Shown here one piece after another: positions 29,202-42,558 of a stretch of DNA of 64,000 nucleotides; within the stretch, counting starts at the first letter, position 1, and each line of letters starts with the position of its first letter. Origin of the DNA: Sphagnum compactum. Taxonomy: Eukaryota. The stretch is taken from positions 16,606,213-16,670,212 of the forward strand of contig OZ234493.1 of NCBI GenBank assembly GCA_965153455.1. The letters run 5' to 3'. The notes under the pieces were generated by a model. That model saw nothing but the letters and a program-made list of their open reading frames with translations, was not told where the DNA came from and did no database searches. The position numbers and the translations under genes were made by a program.

Positions 29202-30662
29202 TTTCACATTGTTTCAAATATTACATTGAATCCATGATTTTAGGTTTTTGAAATTTGCTTGACCACAAATTGAATGATAAAATAAAAGATTTGGCACAAG
29301 ATTTACCTTGATGCATTAAAGGGAAATTTGCAAAAATGATTTGGCTTCATTTCGATCAAACCCAGCAATTGAATTATTAATTGCAACATCAAAAATTTGT
29401 TGAAATCCATCTTCTTCCTCTTGAACCTCTTGTACCCATTGGATAAAGTGGCGAATGTAAATTTCATTTCCATCTAAAGTCAATGGTGATCCATTCACAA
29501 GTCGAATCAACAATACTCCAAAGCTATACACATCACTTTTTGTCGATGCTTGATTTGAATGAATTTCTGGTGCCATATATCCGCTTGTTCCTGGCCTAGA
29601 AGTTGAAGCTAATGCAATCTGAATTTAAAATTTCAAAAATATCAATAATTTCAATGTGCGTTGCATGCATTGAATATACATGTCAAAATTCATAAAACCC
29701 ATACCCAATATGGTATAATACCAATAGGAAACTTGATTTTTTTTTAATCACAAAAGTCGCAATCCTTTTGTTATTACTTGTGCACACATAAAAATTTGTA
29801 ATATAAAATTTGTAATTTCATGAATTATTACATTAAGTGTTTTTCAAATATTCATTTTACATTGTGATTGTTTATCATATTTATTCCATGACCTATAATA
29901 ATGAAAATATAAAATTATTAAATTGTGGCCCACAAGAGTGTTCAAATTTGCAAAGTTCATAATTGCACTAAGATATAATGCCCATGCATTTAATCAACAA
30001 AAAAATAATGGTGGGGCACATACCACATTTTCATCCCTGCCATGTAAAATTTTTGCCAACCCAAAATCAGCCAATTTTGGGGTGTAATCCTTATCCAAGA
30101 GGATATTTCCTGGTTTGATGTCAAGATGAACAATGGTTGGATCACATTTATGATGCAAATGTGCCAATCCTCGAGCGACCCCTATAATGATGCATATTCG
30201 TTTGTCCCAATCCAAACGTTTATCTCCATCGAGCCATTTGTCAAGAGATGAATTTGAAATGTATTCATACACCAACATGTGTTTTAAACCTTTGATACAA
30301 TAGCCCAAAAGACGAACCAAATTCATATGTCGAATTGATCCCAAGGTGTTCATTTCTGATACGAAAGATTTTTTTGCACCTTCATTATGTTCACCACTCC
30401 ATTCCAAAACTTTAATCGCAATCGTAATGCCTTTCCAACAACTTTGATACACCTCACCATAGGCTCCTCTCCCTAAACTTGGTCCGAAATTCAATTCATC
30501 GTATGTAAAAGATCGAATACTTGAATTTAATGGCAACGATTCTATTATCGGTTGGTATTCATCGAACATCCATTTCAACCATTTTCGCTCTTGTTCATCA
30601 TTTGGTGTGAGATTATGAAGTTTATCAATGGCTTCCAATGCTGCTTGATATTTGTTTAAATT

Positions 30663-32090
30663 CCAATTCATGTGGGCATAAACTGTTAAAGTGAATGCAT
30701 CATTTGGTTCAAGAACATCAGCCTTGTCAAGGTCCTCCAAGGCTCCTTGATAGTCATCCAGGTTCCTTTTGATAGCTCCACGACTCCTCAAAGTGAATGC
30801 ATCATTTGGTTTAAGAACATGAGCCTTGTCAAGGTCCTCCAAGGCTCCTTGATAGTCATGCAACCTCCTTTTGACCTCTCCACGAACACTCAAAGTGAAT
30901 GCATTGTTTGGTTCAAGAACATGAGCCTTGTCAAGGTCCTCCAAGGCTCCTTGATAGTCATCCAACATTCTTTTGACATCTCCATGATGTCGCAAAATGA
31001 ATGCATCGTTTGGTTCAAGAAAATCAGCCTTGTCAAAGTCCTCCAAGGCTCCTTGATAGTCATCCAACATTCTTTTGACATCTCCACGAACACTCAAAGT
31101 GAATGCATTGTTTGGTTCAAGAACATGAGCCTTGTCAAGGTCGTCCAAGGCTCCTTGATAGTCATCCAACATTCTTTTGACATCTCCACGATGTCGCAAA
31201 GTGAATGCATTGTTTGGTTCAAGAACATCAGCCTTGTCAAGGTCCTCCAAGGCTCCTTGATTATCATCCAACATCCTCTTGACCTCTCCACGAGTTTGCA
31301 CAGTGAATGCATTGTTTGGTTCAAGAACATGAGCCTTGTCAAGGTCGTCCAAGGCTCCTTGATAGTCATGCAACATCCTTTTGACCTCTCCACGAATCCT
31401 CAAAGTGAATGCATCGTTTGGTTCAAAAACATTAGCCTTGTCAAGGTCCTCCAAGGCTCCTTAATAATCATCCAGGTTTCTTTTGATAGCTCCACGAACA
31501 CTCAAAGTGAATGCATCGTTTGGTTCAAGAACATCAGCCTTGTCAAGGTCCTCCAAGGCTCCTTGATAGTCATGCAAGATTATTTTGAAAGTTCCACGAA
31601 CACTCAAAGTGAATGCATCATTTGGTGCAAGAACATCAGAGTTGTGAAAAGCCTCTAAGGCTCCTTGATAGTCATCCAACATCGTTTTGACCTCTTCACG
31701 AATAGTCAAAGTGACTACATTGTTTGGTTCAAGAACATCAACTTTGTCAAGGTCCTCCAAGGCTCTTTGAAAGTCATGCAACATCTTTTTGACATTTCCA
31801 AAAATCTTCAAAGTGGTTACATTGCTTGGCGCAAGAACATCACCTTTGTGAAGGTCTTCCAATGCTCCTTGATACTCATCCAACATCTTTTTAACCTTTG
31901 CATGAATTCGCAAAATGAATGCATTGTTTGGTTGAAGAATATCAACCTTGTCAATGTTCTCCAAAGCTCTTTGATCGTCATTTGATATCCCTTTTACATT
32001 TTCATGAGTTGTCAAAGGGATTGCATTGTTTTGTTCAAGAACATCAACCTTGCCGAACTCCTCCAAAGCTCCTTGATAATCATTCAACAT
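30663..32090 (-). repeat. 102-bp coding tandem array, 14 TPR units
   Basis: 34-aa period AFTLxxRGxVKxMLxDYQGALEDLDKADVLEPNN, matching TPR consensus positions G8, Y17, A20, A27 and P32. Confidence 0.95.
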
Positions 32091-32823
32091 TCTTTTGACC
32101 TTTGCACAAGTTCACAAAGTGAATGCATCGTTTGGTTTAAGAACATGAACCTTGTCAAGGTCCTTGAAAGCTCTTTCATAATTGTTTAACACATGTTTGA
32201 CATATTAATAAAAATCCCTGAAATATGTGCAATGTTTGGTTTAATAACATCATGTTTGTCAAAGGCTTCAAAAGTTTTTTCATCTTCCTTGAAGACCTTT
32301 TTTTTCATGTGCACAAGTTCTTAAACTTAATGCACTTTTGGTTCATTGAAGATAAACCTTGTCAAGGTCTTTCAAGGCTACTTGATAATCTTTCAACACC
32401 TTTTTTTCACATTTTCCACGTGTGTTATTTAAATGATTCCATTGTTTAATTCATGAATAGTAGCCTTGTGAACGTCTTCCATGGTTTTTTCATAAGCATT
32501 TCATTTGTCAAGAACATGAAATAATGGAATATATATGTATATTGAACATGAAACAAAATAATTGTGATAGAGAATATTTTTTGGGGATATTCCACCAACC
32601 TATGTCACCTTACTTTCATATAGATTTGAAATGTAATCATTACTTACACAATGATTATCATACATAATTCTTATCATTGATGATTATTCCACTTAGTTTA
32701 AAGAATGTGATTTGGTAATAAACATTTCATTACATTATGCAATTTGTTCAATTCAATAAATGTAGATAAAAGATGTTGGTCCAAATCAATATATATTTTT
32801 CCATTTCTTGATGGAGCTAAGGT

Positions 32824-33643
32824 TGTCGCAACCCCACTTTGGCCAAGTGTGGGGGTGAAGCCCAACACTTGGAAAAGTTGGAGGTTTGGAGTCCTCCGGG
32901 ACTCCCGAATGTTCAGAGCTCGACAGCAAGGCCCAAAACACCTCGCATTGAGGTGTTCTTGGTGTCATTGGAAAGGTCTTGAAACGTAGATATCGAAAAT
33001 GGCCTCGCATTGGCCATTCGGACATCTGCAGCCCAAGTTATGGGCAAAAGAAGGGCCGGGAGTCAAACTGACAGTTTGACTCCCGACCACTAAAAGTCAG
33101 GAATCGACCCTTTCTCGACGTCGCCTCAGGGAGTGCAACATGGCGTTGGAAAGATCTCGATGAGGGCTACAACTTCGGTTCAGATCTCGTTGCAATCGAA
33201 CTCCGGAATCGAGAGTTATGACCGTTCAAAGTTCCGAGAGTCCCGCCGGAACAGTTTCGGGACTCCATTTCGGGAGTCCCAAGAAAATGTGCCATTTGGA
33301 TGTAGCCTCCGTGGCGAGCTACAGAGAATACTATATGGGGGAAGGTGGTGGCTTCTCCCGAGTCCGGGCCGTGGTGAGTCTTGTGTGTCCAAATGCCCGT
33401 GGCTTGTCGCAACACCCAAGGGTGTCCCAAATGCTAAACTAACCTCCCGTGGTTGGTTTTTGGATGCAGATTCACACAAGCTAAGCTAGTCCATCTTCCT
33501 AGTCTAATCCCGGGGCTTCCAACTCGACCCTCTACCCCTCTCTAGAGTTGGAAGTCGGGAGCGTGCCTTTCAGTCCCAACTTTCTGCAACTTCACATTGG
33601 TGAACCCTCAAGTGGGTTCACCCCGGGACCAAGGAGCGCGTCA
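32824..33643. mobile_element. Solo LTR (820 bp) with 5-bp TSD AAGGT, upstream of TPR-kinase copy A
   Basis: TG...CA termini; AAGGT at 32819-32823 and 33644-33648. The paralogous empty site has a single AAGGT at 63106-63110. Confidence 0.95.
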
Positions 33644-36600
33644 AAGGTGGCAAGCATCCTTAGGCAAAATTTGATTTAACTAACAACATTATGCCAAGGA
33701 ACTCTAAAAATTTGGAACCAATAGGCATAGGTGTAACAACCCTTTCACCCTAAACATATTTAAGAATCACTTTTAAGCGAAGAATTTCCAAAAAAAGGAA
33801 TTTGCAACAAAATAACATGTATGTAAAAACTTATGTTGCGTTTTGGTGATTTTTGCCCAAAAAGTTGATTGATCATTATTTCGTATCATGTCTTACTATT
33901 GAAATTTCTCTTCCCATTCCCTTGTCATGCAACTTGAATGTTTACAAAATTGATTTGGTCGAAACATAATGGACAAATGATAAATTACAAAGAACAAATT
34001 ATTGAATCATTTAAAACATGCATTCATGTAGTTAGTTTTCATGTTGATATTCCATTTCAATGTGATTTGAATGACAAACTTGATCATTGTTGAACAATGT
34101 TGTTGCACAACTCCATCACGTGCATATTTACATGCATATGCACAAACCTTGACAAACATTACTATTGTAGTACTCTATTTATGTGAAATTCATAACTTTT
34201 AATTGTTGCAAAAGTATTTCGAGTAGCTAGCTAATGCGAGTCCCACTTTTGTTCAAATTAAACTCTTTAATATAATGCCGTTTGAAACCTAAAAATATCG
34301 TATTCATGTTTTAGTTATTCACTCATTCCATTCATCACAACCTTCATACCTTTCACATCCTTGATTAAGAACACAAACTTAGTTTTGACATTGCAAGACA
34401 TATTGAGTTCAAGATGATAGAAGTTTGTGTGTGAAACACATACCTACAAGTTTTGAGAAATTGCAAAAGATGTGATGTTCAAATGACCTTGATAGTTTTT
34501 GTTGTCTTTTAGCGTTGGTTGCTAGCCCAATCAAATGCATGTGAACACTATGGCAATCAAGAAAAACACCAAGTTAACCCACCTTAATAGAAAATCATGG
34601 TAGATGAGCATTTGTGCAAATTTGAATCATTATACAATCGTTACTTGAGGTCAAATATTCATAACATTACTAATGCATTCAAGGACATGGAACCAAAGTT
34701 TTGGTGTTTGAGACCTACCAAGTTTGACATAAAAGACGTGATGATATGTGAAAAGCATTTGCACGTGGTGATTGGATGATGAACACTTCTCTTGTTGTTG
34801 CGTTGAGCCACAAAGCCGTATAAACATATGTGAAGAGATTGATGGCAATAGTGCAACAAGGGAACCAACCTTGATAAAAGTTTGTAGCAAACTGGGGGAT
34901 GAAAATTTGGGCCAAGGGAGAATTAGTCCATTGGATTCCTTGCACTTATGCCGGACTCGCGAACATCTTGGAAGGTGGTTCTGATTAGAGGTTGAGAGAA
35001 AGGATCCAAGTGGTCCATCTAGGATGGTGCAAACCGTGTGCCATAATTTAGGCTGGTTAAAGTTTTCTGTGCTACCCGCTCAGAACTTTACTCCGGAATA
35101 TATTATTGCAGCTGGATGCTTTTCTGTCTTTTCTCTTGTCGTCTTGGGCTTTCACATTGCTCAAGATTGGAAGTCTTTAATAAAGCGACGCAGTCTGTGC
35201 GTGAGTACTAGACCTGCAACTTCCTGTGGTCACTGATTTTTCTGGCTATAAGATAATGGATGCAAGTGGTCATTGATGGATTGCACCGTCCATGTGTCAG
35301 CAAAGAAAAGTGAGGCCGGTTAGCAATCCTCAGTCGGAACTTTCCTCTTGTATAGAGTATATCAACTCGTTGCTTTGTGTAGCTTTTTCTCCCCTCATTA
35401 CCTGCGGGGAAACATTGTTCATAATTTCATTTACCATAAAGTCATGGCACGTGCCCCATGTTGGTGCTTGGCCCCAAACTTGAGCATGTGTAGGTTTTAG
35501 ACTTGAAAATTTTCCTGTGACCGGTGCTTTTCAGCCATTACAGAATCGATGGATTTGGTCATTGTTTGATAATGCACAACCTGAGTCAGCAGATATAATT
35601 GGGGTTGTTAGAGCTGGAACTAGTGAAATTGTTGTGGCTGAAATTCGCCATTTTGCTATAAATGAAAGTCCCAAGCAACATGGTCGAGGGAACTTTTTGA
35701 AAAAATCCTAAAAAAATTGTCACATTTTCAGGAATAAGAGAGTTAAGAAATAGCCAAAACAAAAAAAATTGAAGGATTTGGGCAGATTTTTAACTTTCTT
35801 CTTTTGAAATCCCCATATTTAGTTAATAGGTTCTATTGCTTTGCCAACATGTAATAAGATTGTCATAATTTTTACTTCTTTATTTGTCTTGTAATCAGAC
35901 CTGACTAAATCCTCCTGTGGCTGATTGCCTGTTTTGATGCGACATGAGAAAATTGAAAAAAAGGAACAGCGGCTGGACCCTCTGAATTGATCGTTTGTGA
36001 GCAAAGAAGACTTATCGGCCCTTTTGAAGTGCTCCCCAAGTAAAGTGGCCCACTTGAGAACTTGCCTTTGGCATGCATACAATATACTAAGGCAACAGAA
36101 ATGGTTTGCTGACATGTGAGCTGTTGAATCTTCATCACATGCTCACTGGTCATGCCCGTAATGGAGTTGGGCATACGTTAGAGAAATCGGTAAATTCAGG
36201 GGGAGTTTCACAGGGTGTGTCATACCCTATTCATTTTTTCGCCTTGAGTTCCAGCGCTCAATAAAGTCCCTGACTGTGGTCGGTTTTGGAAAAAGACGGG
36301 CTGGGAAGGCGTTGCCCACGTGGGTGCGCATTTAACTGGCTGAAAATAGGGTGGACAGTTCAAGACTGGCTTCAATAGGTGGACAGTCTAAGAAGTAGAA
36401 AATATCAACTTTTGGATTGGGGAGGGGAGGCCAGGGTGTTGGGGGAGACATTTTTGGGATTTGGAGGGAGGGTGAGAGGATTTGGGTGCGGTTTTTTCTT
36501 TCCTGAAGGATGGGTGGGCTAGGGGTTTAGGAGGATCATGATTTTATTTTTATTTTAAATTCTTTTCTTGGAGGGGGGGAAGGAGTGTGGTTCTAGGGGT

Positions 36601-38363
36601 CTTAATAGGTGGAGGTGGGAAAGGGTTTGTTTTTCTTTCCAAGTGGGTGGGTTCGAGCCTTTAAATATTTATTTTTGGTTGTTGGAGGTGTAGGGGATAC
36701 TTGGATTTATCCCAAATTTTGTATTTTTTTAATAATTGGTTGAGGTTTCATGTTCTAGGTTCAGAGTTAAGTGGGTTGGGGGAGGTTTTCATTTAATGCC
36801 CCTGTGCTAAGTGCATTGGAGATCATTGGAAATTTGAGAAGAAAGAAAGTAGGATCATTTCTAAAAGTAGTACTATTTGCATTCAGAAACAGAGGTCAAG
36901 AGTGTGGTATTCAGATTGGTTGATATCTAGCATCAACCTACACCAAAAGAACTTTCTTTTTGAGCATCAATGTTCCTCACAATCATGTTGCAACTTAATG
37001 TCTTTGCTCTCAATATTTGACATCCGCTGTTGATTTTCTGGTGTTGATTCAAGGCTTTCATCTTGTTAAGCTCCTGAGTCTCAAATTTGAAATGCACCTC
37101 ATCAAAGTCATCCTTCGCCAAGGTCCCTTTCGCAATGTCTTGGTCACAGACCATTGCTATTAACTTTCTTTAGATCTCATTGAGCTCATAATTCTTTATA
37201 TCTGAAGATTTTTGCATAGCTAACATGTCTTCTGGCAAGGCCATGATTTTTATATTAATTATGCTGCTCATGATATTGAATTGTTTAGTCAATTGTACAA
37301 CTTCAATGTTTGCATTTGTGATAGCCTTTTTCTTCATGTCCACCATCAAGATTTCTATTAGATGTGAAATATGGGTGTCCAAGGTTTCTATATTGCAATG
37401 AAGAGCTATGACCTTCAACAACTAAGCTTCATTTTGCTGTTGCAGTACACTGGAGTTACATTGGGATATTTTTGCATTGCTTAGTTTTTGATATCAAAGT
37501 CGTCTTTCCATGACTGTGGGAGTCCTTCATGGTCACCACTGGTGCCACTCAAACTTTAACATCCATGGATGTGGCACCTCCCAACTGGGGCTTTGGTGAA
37601 ACATACCAAGGATCCCAAGTACTACGGAAATCCTACCAAATAATTATTTCCCACACTGTTTGACACTTTCTTAATGGCACATTCCATAGAGATTAAATCA
37701 TTCAGGCTGCAAGACTTTTCAGATTACCAGCATATAAAAAGCCTATTGCTTAGACTGTGGGTGGAAAATTTCGACCCATTTATTTAGCAGATTGGGACAA
37801 CCCATGTCTGTGTGTAAAGATTTGGAGGAGAAGATCTCTGAAGGGATCTGTCATGAGAAGAAGCTCTTGCAATTTGACATAAGAGCAGACAGATGGTGCT
37901 AGAATTTGGGATTCAACATATGCTGGAAAACCAAGGATAGGATTTTTCAAAATGTAGAATCATTTGAAAAATGACATAAATGGTATGCTGCAATCTCCCT
38001 TTATCCTCTCCCCTGAACAACTGCCTTTTCCTGCTTTGAGTTCCCAACTATGAAAAAAAAACCTTATTTTCCTTGCAAGGTGTTGGAGGCAAGTATGGTA
38101 GACAGGGAAGATGCATTCAAGTCCCTTCCCCTCTTGCTCAAAAGAAAAGCCTTATTTTCTCTGCTAGATGACAGCTGCTAAAATGTACACAGGGGAATTG
38201 CATTTTATAAGCATGGCCTTCTTCAAGAGCTTTCCCCTCTTCAGACATCGCACTTCAAAAAAATCTTTATTTTCCCTGAAAGGTGATCGGAACAAAAATG
38301 TACAAAAGGAATTTTCATTTTGTTCCCAGGGTCTTCACCAATTTTCCCCCGCTTCAGCTTCAA

Positions 38364-39440
38364 TCTTATATATAAATTCACTTAGTCCGTGGCTGGATGA
38401 CTGGACGTTCTGGGAGCGTTTTCTACGGCAGAACCGGCCAGAGAGATAACTGACCACCGGCTACCAGCGACCCAGGTCCTGAGAGCCAGGTCCTGAGAGT
38501 CAAATGCAGCAACACGGCAGCAACAGAAGAAGGGAGCCGCGTCCGTCTGTCTGAGTGCTGAAACCCAGCTGTCGTGGCTCCTAATAGGACTTGCATGGCT
38601 TCTAAAACTAGGTTTTCTGGGTAGGTATCAATATATCAAAGAATTTGTTGAAAAAAAGAAGAAGAGGGTATTAGGCTTCAAATTTTTAGGTTTTTTGGGG
38701 GATGGGTTTGGGGTGAAGGGTAGAGTGGGGGTTTGGGTTGTGGTTCTTTCACCTTCTTTTGTATCCCACCATCAATTCCATTTAACTATGGTTAGGTTTT
38801 CTGGGTAGGTATCAATATATCAAAGAATTTGTTGAAAAAAAGAAGAAGAGGGTATTAGGCTTCAATTTTTTAGGTTTTTTGGGGGATGGGTTTGGGGTGA
38901 AGGGTAGAGTGGGGGTTTGGGTTGTGGTTCTTTCACCTTCTTTTGTATCCCACCATCAATTCAATTTAACTATGGTTAGGTTTTCTGGGTAGGTATCAAT
39001 ATATCAAAGAATTTGTTGAAAAAAAGAAGAAGAGTGTATTAGGCTTCAAATTTTTAGATTTTTTGGGGGATGGGTTTGGGGTGAAGGGTAGAGTGGGGGT
39101 TTGGGTTGTGGTTCTTTCACCTTCTTTTGTATCCCACCATCAATTCAATTTAACTATGGTTAGGTTTTCTGGGTAGGTATCAATATATCAAAGAATTTGT
39201 TGAAAAAAAGAAGAAGAGTGTATTAGGCTTCAAATTTTTAGATTTTTTGGGGGATGGGTTTGGGGTGAAGGGTAGAGTGGGGGTTTGGGTTGTGGTTCTT
39301 TCACCTTCTTTTGTATCCCACCATCAATTCCATTTAACTATGGTTTGAGTATATATGGGAGTCTTAAGACCATCCAAGTGAAGGAAAAAAAAAAGCCAGG
39401 CACGGGCGGATTGTGTCCGACCGTCACAGGTACCCACTAG
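38364..39440 (+). mobile_element. Non-autonomous Helitron (~1.08 kb)
   Basis: 5' end A|TCTTATATATAAATTC. 3' hairpin ACGGGCGGA-TTGTG-TCCGACCGT (39402-39424) lies 12 nt before CTAG|T (39437-39441). No TSD; internal tandem repeats. Confidence 0.8.
38609..39344. repeat. Tandem array, 4 x 184 bp, near-identical units
   Basis: Units start at 38609, 38793, 38977 and 39161 (TAGGTTTTCTGGGTAGGTATC...TTTAACTATGGT). Confidence 0.97.
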
Positions 39441-42243
39441 TACTGCGTAAAAACCCTTCCTTTCCCCTAAATGGAAAAAGAATAGGGAGTTTGCATTTCC
39501 CATTCAATTGCAAAGGGGATTCCTTGAGATTCTCAGATTTTCAAACAGAGGATCCCCCACAAATTTTTTGTGTTGGGTGACCCAGCACCCACACTGGTAG
39601 CATGGTAAGAACCCAAATTTTCATTTAAATTGCTTCTGAATATTACAAATACCATGCTTAGGTTAAAATAAGGTCTGTGAGATCAAATCTAAGATTTTTT
39701 GGGCTTAATACGGTCACTAATTGGCCTCGCTAAAAAAAGGTGCAGGTATCAGTGGTAGGAGCTGGTTCACCCTGGCCGTGAGGTGTGTAAGATGAGGGCC
39801 AAGCCTGAGTCGCAATCACTGACCCTGACTTGACCCGCCCAAGAAAATGGCCTCCCCTTGTGAATTTTTTTTCAAGCAATTAAAATAACTTTTATCCTTT
39901 GCTTATCTTTCCGTATCACCTTACAAGGGTCTGCTGTCCTGAGATCTTGCAGGGTTCTTATGGGAACCATGACATTATGGCATACAACCCAGGCCATTGA
40001 AAATGATAAATCATTTCAGCTGAAAAATCTTTATGCACGCAATGTCCTCTTCATAGGACCTCCTGGAGGGAGGTTCTGCCAACAATGGCGATAAGGAAGT
40101 TCACCAATTCCATTGAGAAGAGGACTCTCCCCAATAGAAGAATACTTTCTAAAGTCATCCATTATGTCTGTTCTCTGTGACATACATCAACAAGTGTTCA
40201 GTAAGCATTGGGTCATACTTCAACAATTTTATGGTTTTGTATGGGTTTGTGCAGTTCTTTTCAAGATAATTTTCATTTGGCAAAGTGGTAAATTTTTGAA
40301 AAATCGCATTTCACACCTTAAAACATGTTAAAATTTCCAAGATTTTCTCAAAGAAATATAGTAAAATTGGTTTTGTTGGAATTGTCAACACACATTTGGA
40401 TTGTTGATGATACTTTATTATTGATTTTGCAACACAAAGGTTTCAGTTTTCTATCAAAGGTTATGAGTATTTCCCTCCAAATATTATCGACTGTGTATTA
40501 GTCTTTCCTTGGCAACATCTACTATTAGTATCTTCACATTCTTGACAAAATGTTTGTAGACTTGGCCAGATTTCATATAATGTCAACATTTCTTGTAGTT
40601 TTGTCTTATCAACACATCCATAAATGTAATACATCACATTTTCAACAAACTTCAGTCATGCTTGGGAATGCAAGTAAATCTCTGAGGCAAGTCCTGTAAA
40701 ATATATCTAGTTGATCAAAATTATTTGATCAACTAGATGTACAAATCAAATTGAAATCATGTTGACATTGTAGACTCAAACTAATACTATATTGCCAATG
40801 AACTAGAGAACAAGAATTTCATTGGATCAACAAAGTAGCCTCTCTAAATTTTTAAACCTTTTTTTGGTAACCTAGGTCGGCTAGTAGGTGCCATAAAGCA
40901 ATAATCAGCCACCACTAGTGCAAACCCTAAGCCATGGCCACTCACTTCTATCAATAAGAAAATGATAAAAGAATCTCTTTTATGCTTACTGACTACTACT
41001 GTAGGAACACATTAGGCAGAATTTTTTGGAATCCACACCTTTTCCCACACGTGGCAAATTTGTACACTTCTAAAACATTCATCCAATAACTCATCATAAC
41101 AATCAATTTGGTATTCTCATTAGTAGATCGAAACTAGATAATTAGCCTTTAGTATTATATGATTACAAGATTGCACAATATTAAAACAATTCAGTTATTA
41201 AACCTTTTAGGAACTGTTTAATTGTTAATGTGAAACAAACCCAAAGAAACCCAACAAGAATGAACATGGCCATAACCTTTTGATTCAATTGCAACTTCAT
41301 TGCAACTATTACCTTTTATCTATTAACAACTACTTAACTAACTACTTACTCTTAATTATTGTCTAATTATCAACTTGACTTAACTTATTAATTAATTCAT
41401 CTTATATGACACCTAAGCTAAGTTTTGTTGAGGACTAGGCCTAGGTTGAGTGCCAGTACGATCTCAAGCACAAAAATTTCTCAGCAACTAGACAATTATT
41501 GCAATGTTCGAGTTTTGAGAGATACAAGAAATCAATTGTGGATTTGACAAATATGGACATGCTAACATGAGTTGCACAAATCCTAAGTACCTATCTTGAC
41601 ATTCTTCGCAACCATGATGTAATTTTTCAAAAAACCTAAGCACTTCTATTGACATTTCCAAACATGGTTCCCCTAGTCCAAGCCTTGATACAATCATGCA
41701 TACATAATATATGAACTAACTTCAAACCCTCCATTTAGGGAGCCAATTCCACTTAGGAATGTGGTTAATTGATGATGTTTAATTGGGTGGTAAATGGTTT
41801 TTAACTGAGGGTTTGTTTTAAAATGTAACTAATGTTTTTTAGTGCTCTTCACTGTTAATTCACATCATGCAAGGTTGCTCTCCATCATTGATGGCAACAC
41901 CACAAGTGGAAGTAGCACCTTGTCCCACCCAAGGAAAAAATCTAAAACCTATATATATGGGTCCTTTACAAGACACCAAAACAAGTCACCAACTTGGAAG
42001 AGCCGAGGTATATTTATGAATGCACCAAAGCTGGTAGGGTGAACCCAAATCTGATTACATGGTAATGGGCTTTGCTAGGGCATGTTCCAAGGTCTAGAGC
42101 AAATCAATATCCACCAGGGCGCCATCCACTCGATGCCTGTTATGGCCAAGTTGTGGGTGGACCTCCAGTAAGTTACTATATAGTTTCACCTTGATAACCC
42201 ATTTTGTGAGAAGTAGGTGCTGTCCATATGTTGGTAGATAGGT

Positions 42244-42558
42244 AACAAGGGGTGTGTCCCCCATTGTGAACTTGCCATTTACATTAAAAAGTATCCTAAG
42301 GAAAAAGAAGAATTATGGAAACTCAAACATTTCACTATGGAAAAATATAGTCTTCAAAAAGTCCTTTAAACAAATTAAAATCCTTCAAGATATTATAAAT
42401 CTATAACTAATCTCAAGTTTGAACACAAGCCAAAACATCATCTTTCAAAAATCCTCATGTGAAAATAAACCTAATATCTAAGAACCAAAATCCCTTTAAA
42501 CTACTATACTCTATAATAAATTTAAAACACAATATTCTTGCCTTGCTAGGCAATGCCA
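42244..42558 (-). mobile_element. Near full-length inverted copy of the ~310-bp HINE-like repeat
   Basis: AACAAGGGGTGTGTC...CTTGCCATTTACATTAAAAAGTATC...AACACAATATTCTTGCCTTGCTAGGCAATGCC is the reverse complement of 9361-9675. Confidence 0.75.

Larger units (their letters stand above)
27251..32090 (-). pseudogene. TPR-repeat / non-RD RLK-Pelle-type kinase, copy A (14 TPR units), disabled
   Basis: Exons 32090-30024, 29618-29307 and 27403-27251 with GT-AG introns. Kinase motifs GRGAYG, IAIK, HLDIKPGN, DFG, GTSGYMAPE, DVYSFG and EDPNQRP. In-frame CAA>TAA stops at 31461-31463 (TPR array) and 29316-29318 (kinase; copy B has CAA here). Confidence 0.9.
21198..35033 (+). repeat. Segmental duplication block A (paralog of 50141-64000+)
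   Basis: Colinear high identity through introns, intergenic DNA and the CACTA insertion. The major differences are TPR copy number, the solo LTR and a 494-bp indel. Confidence 0.97.

Noticed and set aside
30747-31985. Long plus-strand repetitive ORFs over the TPR arrays (also 59810-60304, 61025-61753, 61943-62263)
   Set aside because: Antisense shadows of the 102-bp coding repeat. They are broken by stops at variable places, while the minus frame matches the TPR consensus and joins the kinase.
12749-33643. One 21-kb LTR retrotransposon bounded by the two similar direct LTRs and capturing MKRN and the TPR-kinase
   Set aside because: Each LTR has its own distinct TSD pair (ATCAA vs AAGGT), and the second has an empty paralogous site, so they are independent insertions.
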